IMG/VR virus record: IMGVR_UViG_3300038797_000018 | Location: 1-36,309 of that record | DNA length: 36,309 bases | Direction: 5' to 3' (one strand) | Origin: a virus | Taxonomy: Duplodnaviria; Caudoviricetes | In this document: piece by piece, positions 16,830-24,913 of the stretch | Layout of the letters: each line of letters starts with the position of its first letter | How positions within the stretch are numbered: position 1 is the first letter of the stretch | The notes under the pieces: generated by a model | What the model was told of the DNA's origin: nothing | Databases searched by the model: none | Seen by the model: only the letters and a program-made list of their open reading frames with translations | Made by a program: the position numbers and the translations under genes

Positions 16830-17068
16830 TTTACCTGTAGCCAGGGCAGCCCTCGGGAAGGCCTGGACGTCGATAGCCGGATAGTGCGACGCACGGATCA
16901 ACGCCGGCAGCCCGTGCACTCTGACCTCACAATGCTTTCAGGGTGGCGCGAGACAGGAACGGCGAGATCGATGCAAAGGGGCGTCGACGCTGGGAGAGTC
17001 TTAGGCCGACAGCTCGGAAAGACGAGCGCACCTATTCAGGGCCTCTGCATTCGCAGGGGCTTTTTTAT
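16830..17068 (+). ncRNA. Candidate structured non-coding RNA
   Basis: Many nested helices (CCTGT/ACAGG, CCAGG/CCTGG, GCCGG/CCGGC, CACTCTGA/TCAGGGTG, GCTCG-GAAAGA-CGAGC) ending in a terminator at 17039-17068; no credible ORF. Confidence 0.45.
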
Positions 17069-17077
17069 ACCCGACAG

Positions 17078-17243
17078 AAACAAAAAAGCCCCGACAGATT
17101 CGGGGCTTTTCGTTCTAGCGCGGGAAAAAGAGAGGGCGACCCCAGAGGGTGCGGTAACACCCAAGGGAGACGCCAGATCGCAGAACCAGCCTGCAAGCCA
17201 GCCAAGGCCCTCACTGCTCGCGCGAGCGGGGCGGAGCCTAGCA
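17078..17243 (-). ncRNA. Candidate antisense RNA to the com leader (promoter plus terminator)
   Basis: Minus-strand extended -10 TGC-TAGGCT at 17243-17235; hairpin 17084-17110 has its long U tract on the minus strand. Confidence 0.4.
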
Positions 17244-17264
17244 GAAAACGACAAGGCTTTGCAG

Positions 17265-17450
17265 ATGCTTAAAGATTGCAGATGTGGAAAGTGCAACAGA
17301 CTTCTCGCCCGCGTGGGTGAGTTTACCGAGCTCCAGATCAAATGTTCTCGATGCGGGACGTTGAATCACGAGAAGGCCACGAGCCTCGAGCGATCGCCTT
17401 TGAGCGACATGAAAGCGGAATCCTCCGCGAACATTCATTCGACTCAATAG
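17265..17450 (+). CDS. com: Com-family zinc-finger regulator (61 aa)
   Basis: RCGKCNRLLA...IKCSRCGTLN, the Mu Com-type CxxC...CxxC signature. Confidence 0.88.
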   Translation: MLKDCRCGKCNRLLARVGEFTELQIKCSRCGTLNHEKATSLERSPLSDMKAESSANIHSTQ

Positions 17451-17458
17451 GTACTCAT

Positions 17459-18313
17459 ATGGCTATTCCAGCACGCATTCCGTTCGCACAGAACGGTACC
17501 TCTACTTTGCTGCCGAAACATGAGATGACTTGGAATCAGTATTTGGATTCGCCCAACAAGCGCTTCCGATTGATTCTCCAGGCTGACTCGAACCTGGTCC
17601 TCTACGATGGTCAGACTGCAGTTTGGTCTGCGCAAGACGGACAGCCCTACATCACGTACGGTAACAAGGTCTACGAAAATACCCCGACCTCCTTCTATAT
17701 TCTGTACTACGCAATCTTGAAAGATCGCGAGCACGTTCGCACTTGGTCGACCTTCAATAGTACTCCGCCGAATCGCGATGAAACTGCTGCTTCCGAGCGC
17801 ACTTATCTGCGCGTGCAAAATGACGGCAATATCGTCATTACAGACTCCATCTCGATCTGGAGCAGTAATCCGGCGATTCCTCAGTCACCTGGCGCCGAAG
17901 ACTCGATCATCATTGCTCCTGGCACTACTCTGGAGCGCGACAAAAAGTATGTGTCCGGTGGCACGACTTTCATCTTCCAAACCGATGGGAATCTAGTGAT
18001 CTCTAATGGTCCGCTGGGTGTGTTGTGGGCCAGTTGGACTCAGAACAAGGGTGCCGAAAGGGCGGTTATGCAAACCGATGGCAACCTGGTTATTTACGGA
18101 GCAAATTACTCAGTGCTTTGGCACAGTGGTACTGGCGGTAATCCAGGGGCAATTCTGCGCGTTCAAGCGAATGGTAACTTGTCCATCGTGCAAGAAAAGC
18201 CGGTCTGGGCACGCTTCGGCTACACCCCTACGCTGGTACCGAAAAATGTGTTCTACCCAGATCACACGACTGGGCCACTGCCGACCTTCAAGGATTTCAT
18301 CTGGACGTTCTGA
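17459..18313 (+). CDS. llpA: Lectin-like bacteriocin, LlpA / putidacin L1 family (284 aa)
   Basis: Tandem MMBL (bulb lectin) domains with QxDxNxVxY-type motifs (QADSNLVLY, QNDGNIVIT, QTDGNLVIS, QTDGNLVIY, QANGNLSIV), WARFG and a C-terminal extension ending FIWTF; no signal peptide. Confidence 0.92.
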   Translation: MAIPARIPFAQNGTSTLLPKHEMTWNQYLDSPNKRFRLILQADSNLVLYDGQTAVWSAQDGQPYITYGNKVYENTPTSFYILYYAILKDREHVRTWSTFNSTPPNRDETAASERTYLRVQNDGNIVITDSISIWSSNPAIPQSPGAEDSIIIAPGTTLERDKKYVSGGTTFIFQTDGNLVISNGPLGVLWASWTQNKGAERAVMQTDGNLVIYGANYSVLWHSGTGGNPGAILRVQANGNLSIVQEKPVWARFGYTPTLVPKNVFYPDHTTGPLPTFKDFIWTF

Positions 18314-18368
18314 TGTTGGCACGACGCCGGAACTAAAGGGCGTCGAGAGATCCTTCATTTGCTAAACC

Positions 18369-18428
18369 GCGCGGGTTCGCCCGCGCATCTATTCGAGGCT
18401 TCTGCAATCGCGGGAGCTTTTTCATTTT
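18369..18428 (+). terminator. Hairpin and probable terminator after llpA
   Basis: GCGCGGG-TTCG-CCCGCGC followed by GGCTTCTGC...GCGGGAGCTTTTT. Confidence 0.55.
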
Positions 18429-18510
18429 CGGCTCCCCACACCCATAGCCCCGAGCTGGGAGTGCAGCGGACGCCGGATTTATCAATCTCCCCAAGGGGGA
18501 GGCAACCCGG

Positions 18511-18834
18511 ATGCCAAACATGCCTGACAAGCCAGACACATGGGCCAAGCTCTGGCTGGCGTTGAGCAATCCGCTAATGGCGGGCGTCATCATGGCCATC
18601 ACCGTTTGCTTGCTTCGCGTCATCTACGACGGAAAAGAAACCAGCGTGCGCCGTATCATTTTCGAGGCGCTGATTTGCGGATCGCTGAGTCTGGTCGCGT
18701 CCAGCGTTATTGAGTGGATGGCCTGGCCTTCAAGCCTATCGATCGCCGCCGGAGGGACGATCGGATTCCTCGGCGTGACAGCCATTCGCGAACTGGTGAC
18801 CCGCTTCCTCGGTCGCAAGGCGGATGCCGCATGA
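18511..18834 (+). CDS. Phage holin, lambda family (three TMDs, dual-start MPNM)
   Basis: GGGGAGG RBS; three hydrophobic segments; GGTIGFLG motif; basic C-tail. Confidence 0.88.
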   Translation: MPNMPDKPDTWAKLWLALSNPLMAGVIMAITVCLLRVIYDGKETSVRRIIFEALICGSLSLVASSVIEWMAWPSSLSIAAGGTIGFLGVTAIRELVTRFLGRKADAA

Positions 18835-19217
18835 AGACCTTCGCTGCTGCAATCATCATCGCCCTGGTCGGCCTGCTCCTCATTGGGATTCAGCAGTCCC
18901 GCGTCGTCGCCCTTCGCGGAGAGGTGGCATTCGAGGCCAGCGAGAAGAAGAAGGCGGTCGACGCCAACCTTGAAAGCCAGGCCACGATCACCACCCTGCG
19001 CGCCGAAGCCCAGCGCAACGCCGATTACCAGAAAGACCTGAACAAGCGGTTACAGGCCAGCCAAGCCAAAGCCAGAAAGGCGGAGAAGAACTTTGAAGAA
19101 CTCAAACGCAACAGCAAGCCTGTTCGTGATTGGGCTGCTCAGCCTCTGCCTGACGGCCTGCGCGGGAAAGCCGGCGGTGGTAACAAAGACAGCGGCGGTA
19201 AGAGTCGAGCCCCCTGA
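18831..19217 (+). CDS. i-spanin (Rz-like)
   Basis: N-terminal TMD, coiled coil, C-terminal WAAQPLP; ATGA overlap with the holin. Confidence 0.8.
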   Translation: MKTFAAAIIIALVGLLLIGIQQSRVVALRGEVAFEASEKKKAVDANLESQATITTLRAEAQRNADYQKDLNKRLQASQAKARKAEKNFEELKRNSKPVRDWAAQPLPDGLRGKAGGGNKDSGGKSRAP

Positions 19218-19359
19218 GCTTGTGCCCTGTGAGCGGGTAGCTGATGAAGACCTCGCCGACAACGGCCAGCTGTGGGAACTGAAGAACCAAGCCATCAACC
19301 TGCTCGACACCTGTGCAGATCAGGTGGACGCGCAGATCAAGCGAAGTCAGAGCAAGTAG
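19093..19359 (+). CDS. o-spanin (Rz1-like lipoprotein), overlapping the i-spanin in the +1 frame
   Basis: Lipobox LTAC; Pro-rich PPELVPC; second Cys; exact start uncertain. Confidence 0.8.
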   Translation: MKNSNATASLFVIGLLSLCLTACAGKPAVVTKTAAVRVEPPELVPCERVADEDLADNGQLWELKNQAINLLDTCADQVDAQIKRSQSK

Positions 19360-19401
19360 GTCGCGACACGTTTCGCGAGAGTGCAAATTGTGTCGCGACA
19401 C
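19360..19401 (-). repeat. Dispersed motif copy C: GTGTCGCGACAC-N20-GTGTCGCGAC
   Basis: Begins immediately after the o-spanin stop codon. Confidence 0.8.
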
Positions 19402-19412
19402 TGGAGAAAGGC

Positions 19413-19718
19413 ATGACCGGAAAGATTCTTGAATTTAAGCCGCAGGAGGTGCCGCGGTCGGCCGGCGAGGCCATCTGCTCGAACTGTAAGCATGAGTGGG
19501 TGGCTGTGGCACCCGCTGGATGTCGCAATCTCGAATGCCCGTCCTGCAGCTCTCACCGTGGAATATTCAAGTGGCCGTACGGGCCAAGCGAGGGAGAGCA
19601 GGGCTACCAGTGCAACTGCGGCTCCGAAGATTTCTTCATCATGCGCCGGGGCAGTCAAGCAAACGGTGCCGTGTTCTGCCGGGGCTGCGGAGTGGAGGCG
19701 GCGGGTTGGTTTAGCTGA
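19413..19718 (+). CDS. Double zinc-ribbon hypothetical protein (101 aa)
   Basis: CSNC, CPSC, CNC and CRGC; GGAG RBS. Confidence 0.72.
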   Translation: MTGKILEFKPQEVPRSAGEAICSNCKHEWVAVAPAGCRNLECPSCSSHRGIFKWPYGPSEGEQGYQCNCGSEDFFIMRRGSQANGAVFCRGCGVEAAGWFS

Positions 19719-19786
19719 GCAGTGCTGAAGGCGCATGATGGCCCTATGGTATTGTCGGCATCCCTCCATAAAAAGCGAGAAAAACG

Positions 19787-19993
19787 ATGTCGGTATATTT
19801 AGAGCCTGTCACGGGTGGAGACATTCCGGAAACCATGCGGGGCCCTGACGTAAAGACCGTCTTTGCAGTTGTGGCGAACGGTACTGTTATGAAGTACTTC
19901 TATTCGAAAGACGAGGCACTTGGCTTCGCTGCTCACCTTGAACAGCTGGAGGAAGAACGTAAGCCTTCGTTCAGTTCTGGCCCACGCATGTAG
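19787..19993 (+). CDS. Hypothetical protein (68 aa), moron-like
   Basis: Own upstream TATGGT element and downstream hairpin at 19998-20024. Confidence 0.55.
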   Translation: MSVYLEPVTGGDIPETMRGPDVKTVFAVVANGTVMKYFYSKDEALGFAAHLEQLEEERKPSFSSGPRM

Positions 19994-20043
19994 AAATGAG
20001 CCCAGCGACCCAGCTGGGCTTCTTGCATTAGAAGGGAGGGGAT

Positions 20044-20655
20044 ATGGACAGGCCGCGCCCCCCGTCGTCATTGCTTGAACTTGACCTAAGCATGCGTCTG
20101 GCGCCCGCGCCAGAAGTGTGGGAATGGCTCCAAGCCGAAATCCTCGCCGACACCGGCAGCATCCACAACGAAGACCACGCCCATCTGATCGATGCGGACA
20201 TTCGTGTGATGTGGGCGTCTGCCGCATTCACGAAGAAGGGGCGCTCGGTGGTCGGTCAAGCCGAACAAGTAGCGTTCCGCGCTGGTGGTTGGCAGAAGGC
20301 CCGGATGGAACAGCAGATGCTGGATTGGTTCGGCGACGTGCCGGCCTACATCATCACGCTGGCTGCCGACTACTGCGCCAAGTGCTCCGACGCTGACTTC
20401 TGCGCACTGGTCGAGCATGAGCTGTATCACATCGCTCAGGCGACCGATAAGTACGGTCAGCCAGCGTTCACCCAAGACGGCTTGCCCAAGCTTGAGATGC
20501 GCGGACACGACGTTGAAGAGTTCGTCGGTGTAGTGCGTCGGTATGGGGCGAGCCCTCAAGTGCAAGAGCTGGTGGACGCTGCAAACAATCCTGCCGAGGT
20601 AGGGAAATTGAACATATCGAGGGCCTGCGGAACCTGTCTGCTCAAGTCGGCCTGA
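20044..20655 (+). CDS. Putative phage metallopeptidase
   Basis: HELYH zincin motif and HDVEEF; typical position upstream of terS. Confidence 0.85.
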   Translation: MDRPRPPSSLLELDLSMRLAPAPEVWEWLQAEILADTGSIHNEDHAHLIDADIRVMWASAAFTKKGRSVVGQAEQVAFRAGGWQKARMEQQMLDWFGDVPAYIITLAADYCAKCSDADFCALVEHELYHIAQATDKYGQPAFTQDGLPKLEMRGHDVEEFVGVVRRYGASPQVQELVDAANNPAEVGKLNISRACGTCLLKSA

Positions 20656-20685
20656 CTTTGACAGTACTTTGACGGATGCCCACTT

Positions 20686-21147
20686 ATGGCCGCACTCAGA
20701 GACGAGGTGAAAGCCTTTGTCGTACAGGCTCTCGCCTGCTTTGACACGCCATCGCAAGTGGTGGCGTCCGTCAAAGAAAGATTCGGGCTCGAGGTGACCC
20801 GCCAGCAATGCGAGGCATACGACCCAACCAAGTACGTTGGACGCAACCTGCACGTGAAGTGGCAGACGCTGTTCAACGACACCCGAAAGAGGTTCCGCGA
20901 AGAGACGGCAGAGATCCCGATCGCCAACCGAGCGTATCGACTTCGCACTCTGGGACGCATGGCCGAGAAGGCCGAGAACATGAAGAACATAGCGCTGACT
21001 GCCCAGTTGCTGGAGCAGGCGGCGAAGGAGGTCGGCGATGTCTATGTGAATCGCCAAACCAAAAACGAAAACCCTCACGACAACCTCCCGCCCACCCGAG
21101 TGCAGGTAGACGTGGTGGACGCGAGGAAGCCTGATGCCGACGCTTAA
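20686..21147 (+). CDS. Terminase small subunit (DUF2280 family)
   Basis: VQALACFDTPSQV, YDPTK and IPIANRAYRL motifs; overlaps terL. Confidence 0.85.
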   Translation: MAALRDEVKAFVVQALACFDTPSQVVASVKERFGLEVTRQQCEAYDPTKYVGRNLHVKWQTLFNDTRKRFREETAEIPIANRAYRLRTLGRMAEKAENMKNIALTAQLLEQAAKEVGDVYVNRQTKNENPHDNLPPTRVQVDVVDARKPDADA

Positions 21148-22435
21148 CGTCCCGCAGGCAAAATTCCTCCAGATGGAGAACAAGTTTCGCGGCTTTGTCG
21201 CTGGGTTTGGTTCCGGGAAAACGTGGGTAGGCTGCGCAGGCATCTGCAAGCACGTATGGGAATGGCCTCGAATCAACTCGGGCTACTTCGCTCCTACATA
21301 CCCGCAGATCCGCGACATCTTCTTCCCGACGATTGAAGAAGTGGCTTTCGACTGGGGCCTGAAGGTAAAGACCAAGGAAAGCGACAAAGAGGTCGAGTTC
21401 TACAGCGGCGGTCAGTATCGCAGCACCACCATCTGCCGCTCGATGGAGAAGCCGCAGACGATTGTTGGTTTCAAGATTGGCCACGCGCTGGTGGATGAAC
21501 TGGACGTCTTGCCCGCACTGAAGGCTGAGCATGCGTGGCGCAAGATCATTGCCCGTATGCGCTACAACGAGCCGGGGCTCAAGAACGGCGTAGACGTGAC
21601 CACGACGCCGGAAGGCTTCAAGTTCGTCTACCAGCAGTTCGTGAAGCAGCTGCGCGAGAAGCCCTCGCTCCAAGGCATGTACGGCCTGGTGCAGGCCAGC
21701 ACGTTCGACAACGAATTGAACCTGCCGCCCGATTACATCCCATCGTTGATGGAGTCTTACCCGCCACAGCTGATCCTGGCCTACCTCAACGGGCAGTTCG
21801 TCAACCTGAATGCCGGGTCGATCTATCACGCGTACGACCGGAAGCTGAATGGCTGCTTCGACGCTGTAGATCCCGGCGAACCGCTTTTCATCGGCATGGA
21901 CTTCAACGTCGGCAAGATGGCGGCGATCACGCACGTCAAGCGCGCAGACGGGAAGCCTCGGGCAGTCGACGAGCTGATCGATGGCTTCGATACCCCAGAC
22001 ATGATCCGGCGCATCAAGGAACGCTACTGGCGCTACAACGGCAAGGACTACGAGAAAACTTGCGAGATTCGAATCTATCCTGATGCCTCGGGCGGTTCCC
22101 GCAAGTCGGTAAATGCCAGTGAGACGGACATTGCCATCCTGCGCCAAGCGGGATTCAGCGTCATCGCACCAGATGCGAACCCGCCGGTGAAAGACCGCAT
22201 CAACGCCATGAACGCGATGTTCTGCAACGCCAATGGCGAGCGGCGCTACCTGGTCAACCCGCTGCGTTGCCCGACTTATGCCGATGGCCTGGAGCAGCAG
22301 GTGTGGGCGCCGAATGGCGAGCCAGACAAGAAGTCAGGCGTCGACCACGCGAACGACGCAGGCGGCTACTTCATCCACCACGACTACCCGATCATCCGGC
22401 CGGTCACGCACATTCCTGTCACATTCAGCTTCTGA
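21134..22435 (+). CDS. terL: Terminase large subunit
   Basis: Walker A AGFGSGKT, Walker B LVDE, TTTPEG coupling motif, nuclease GMDFN and DHANDA. Confidence 0.95.
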   Translation: MPTLNVPQAKFLQMENKFRGFVAGFGSGKTWVGCAGICKHVWEWPRINSGYFAPTYPQIRDIFFPTIEEVAFDWGLKVKTKESDKEVEFYSGGQYRSTTICRSMEKPQTIVGFKIGHALVDELDVLPALKAEHAWRKIIARMRYNEPGLKNGVDVTTTPEGFKFVYQQFVKQLREKPSLQGMYGLVQASTFDNELNLPPDYIPSLMESYPPQLILAYLNGQFVNLNAGSIYHAYDRKLNGCFDAVDPGEPLFIGMDFNVGKMAAITHVKRADGKPRAVDELIDGFDTPDMIRRIKERYWRYNGKDYEKTCEIRIYPDASGGSRKSVNASETDIAILRQAGFSVIAPDANPPVKDRINAMNAMFCNANGERRYLVNPLRCPTYADGLEQQVWAPNGEPDKKSGVDHANDAGGYFIHHDYPIIRPVTHIPVTFSF

Positions 22436-22443
22436 GGCCATCC

Positions 22444-23862
22444 ATGGCGAATTTCAGCACTCCCCGGGCAGAGTACGCACAAGCCCTGCCTGGCTGGCAG
22501 TTGGTGAAACGCTGCGTAGCCGGTGCGCGAGAGGTGCGCAAGCACGACGAATACTTGCCGATGCCAGACTCGGAAAACAAATCACCGGAGAACCTGGCTC
22601 GGTATAAGCAGTACAAGAAGCGGGCGATGTTCCTCAACATCACCGGTCGCACGCGCACCGGCTTGATGGGTGCGGTTTTTCGCAAAACTGCCGAACTCTC
22701 GCTGCCGACTGCGGTGGCGTACCTGAAGGAGAACGCCAGCGGAGACGGCACCAGCCTTGAGCAGTTGTCGAAAGAATCGGTTGGCGAATGCCTGGACAGC
22801 GGGCGAGGCGGCTTTCTGGTCGACTTCCCAACCGTGGCCACTGAAAGCGGTGTCAGCTCGATGGCCGATCTGGCAACCAAGCGCGCTCTGATCCACCACT
22901 ACGACGCCATGTCGATCATCGATTGGGACGAGCAGGTGATCGATGGCGTGAAGCGTCTGGTGTACGTGAACCTGCGGGAATGTGTTTCTGAGTTCAACCC
23001 TACCGATCTGTCCCGCGAGACGTACAAGCAGAACCGGGTCTTGCTCTTGGTCGATGGGCGATACATTCAGCGCGTCTACAAGGAAGGCGAGGAAAGCGTC
23101 GAGGAGACGCAGCCTACCGATAAGGCCGGCCAGCCATTCGATCACATCCCGTTCAGCTTCTACGGCGCCCAGAACAACGACGCCAGCATCGACAAGTCTC
23201 CGCTGGAAGACTTGGCCGACGTCAACATCCTGCACTACGGCAATAGCGCCACGGTGGAGGAGAGCGGTTTCATCAGCAGCCAGCCGACGCTCTTCATCAC
23301 CACCAGCATAGATGCCGACGAGTTCGCAAAGCTGAACCCGAATGGGATGCACATAGGTTCGCGGCGTGGTCACAACCTTGGCAAGTCCGGGTCTGCGGTC
23401 ATGCTGCAGGCCACCGAAACCCAGCTCGCCCGAACCCTTATGAAGGACAAGGAAGAGCAGATGCTGATGATCGGCGCCCGTGTCGTCCAGAAGGGCAGCG
23501 GGGCGGAGACGGCAGAGGCTGTCCGAATCCGGTACAGCTCGGACAACAGCGTGCTGGGCACCATCGCCGGCAACGTATCGGAGGCGCTGAAGCGAGCCAT
23601 CCTCGACGCCGAGCGTTTCATGATGGACGCGGCGGACGAGAAGGGCACGGTGTTCTGGCTCAACCAGTCGTTCTTCGACGAGACGATGACCGCGCAAGAC
23701 ATCCTTGCCCAGGTGCAACTGTGGCAGCAGGGCTTCATTGCGAAGTCGGATGTCCGGGTGAACCTGCGTCAGGGCGGTGTGCTTGAAGCGGATCGCACTG
23801 ACGAGAAAATCGACGAAGAGCTGGCCAGCGCGCCACCTGTAGGCGGGAACGATGAGCAATGA
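22444..23862 (+). CDS. Portal protein (DUF4055 family)
   Basis: Follows terL; YLP, Y--RA-FLN-T and PLEDLA-VN--HY motifs; GAGG RBS before the ATG at 22444. Confidence 0.88.
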   Translation: MANFSTPRAEYAQALPGWQLVKRCVAGAREVRKHDEYLPMPDSENKSPENLARYKQYKKRAMFLNITGRTRTGLMGAVFRKTAELSLPTAVAYLKENASGDGTSLEQLSKESVGECLDSGRGGFLVDFPTVATESGVSSMADLATKRALIHHYDAMSIIDWDEQVIDGVKRLVYVNLRECVSEFNPTDLSRETYKQNRVLLLVDGRYIQRVYKEGEESVEETQPTDKAGQPFDHIPFSFYGAQNNDASIDKSPLEDLADVNILHYGNSATVEESGFISSQPTLFITTSIDADEFAKLNPNGMHIGSRRGHNLGKSGSAVMLQATETQLARTLMKDKEEQMLMIGARVVQKGSGAETAEAVRIRYSSDNSVLGTIAGNVSEALKRAILDAERFMMDAADEKGTVFWLNQSFFDETMTAQDILAQVQLWQQGFIAKSDVRVNLRQGGVLEADRTDEKIDEELASAPPVGGNDEQ

Positions 23863-24895
23863 AGGCTTTCTTGAGGACGCCGCCACGCGGCACCAGATTT
23901 ACGTCCAGCGGTACGCCGGCGGAAACCTGAAGCGTGTGGCATCGTTCATCACCAAAGCAATCAAGACCGCCAAGCAGCGCGTGTCGGACGGCCTGAGCGC
24001 TTACGGTACGCGTCGGTACAACACTCAGATCGAAACGCTTCAGGGCGACTTGCGGGGCATCTACGACGATCTCAAAGGGCGCGCTCAGCTAGATCTCGGC
24101 GAGTTCGCCACCTACGAGGCCCAGTTCAACGCGACGATGCTGGGCAAGGTTGTCCGTGCGGTGGTTCAGCTCAATGTGCCATCGGCGGAGATGATCTCCG
24201 CCGCAGCCCTGGCTGATCCGCTGCAGCTCGAAGCGCGCAAGGGCATTCAGCGCATCAGCATCAGCGGGGCGCTCGACCAGTTTGGTACGAAGAAGGCGGC
24301 CGAGATCATCGGCGAGATTCAGATCGGTTCCAGCCTGGGCGAAACCAGCCAGCAGATCAGCCGGCGTCTGACCGGCATTCATCAGTTGCAGCAAGATCAG
24401 GCCGGCGCACTGGTTCGCACCATGACCAACCACATCGCCAGCACTGCGAGGGTGGAGACGCTGAAGGCGAACGACGACATCCTCGCAGGCATGCGCAGGG
24501 TGGCGACCCTGGACTCGAAGACCACGTTGTTCTGCATGAGCGTGGACCAGACGGTGATCCCGCTGGACGGGCCAAAGCCGCCGTATCACTGGGGCTGCCG
24601 CACCACGCTGATTCCGGTGCTGAAGGACGAGTTTGCACGCGAGATCAAAGGCTCGACGCGGCCCTCAATCGGCCCTGACGGAGTGACGCTGGTGCCGAGC
24701 AAGACCAGTTATCAGGAATGGCTAGCTCGGCAACCTGCGGCGTTTCAGCGCGACATTCTCGGGCCGAATCGGTATGCGTTGTTCAGTAAGGGGGAGCTGA
24801 CCCTGGACAAGTTCATCGATGACGACGGCAAGACGTTAACCCTAAAAGAGCTGCGCGAACGTGAGCCGATGGCATTTGAGCTGGTCGGATTGTAG
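23852..24895 (+). CDS. Minor head / head morphogenesis protein (SPP1 gp7, Mu F-like)
   Basis: VATLDSKTT-FC and PPYHWGCRT motifs. Confidence 0.88.
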   Translation: MSNEGFLEDAATRHQIYVQRYAGGNLKRVASFITKAIKTAKQRVSDGLSAYGTRRYNTQIETLQGDLRGIYDDLKGRAQLDLGEFATYEAQFNATMLGKVVRAVVQLNVPSAEMISAAALADPLQLEARKGIQRISISGALDQFGTKKAAEIIGEIQIGSSLGETSQQISRRLTGIHQLQQDQAGALVRTMTNHIASTARVETLKANDDILAGMRRVATLDSKTTLFCMSVDQTVIPLDGPKPPYHWGCRTTLIPVLKDEFAREIKGSTRPSIGPDGVTLVPSKTSYQEWLARQPAAFQRDILGPNRYALFSKGELTLDKFIDDDGKTLTLKELREREPMAFELVGL

Positions 24896-24913
24896 GTTCG
24901 CGCTGCCGACAGA

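Noticed and set aside
16884-17458. Extended N-termini for Com (start 16884) and LlpA (start 17342)
   Set aside because: The extensions cross terminators or overlap com; family-like sequence begins at 17265 and 17459.
2719-19401. GTGTCGCGACAC motif as CRISPR repeat, matS, parS or dif
   Set aside because: Copies are dispersed rather than arrayed, no cas genes are present, and the sequence does not match those consensus sites.
20044-20655. Metallopeptidase as the missing endolysin
   Set aside because: HExxH zincin of a family normally found next to terS; lacks recognisable M15/M23 or glycosidase motifs.
20086-23886. Long minus-strand ORFs (396, 424 and 434 aa) opposite the metallopeptidase, terminase and portal genes
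   Set aside because: Shadow frames of GC-rich coding genes; no motifs or RBS; fully overlap well-supported genes.
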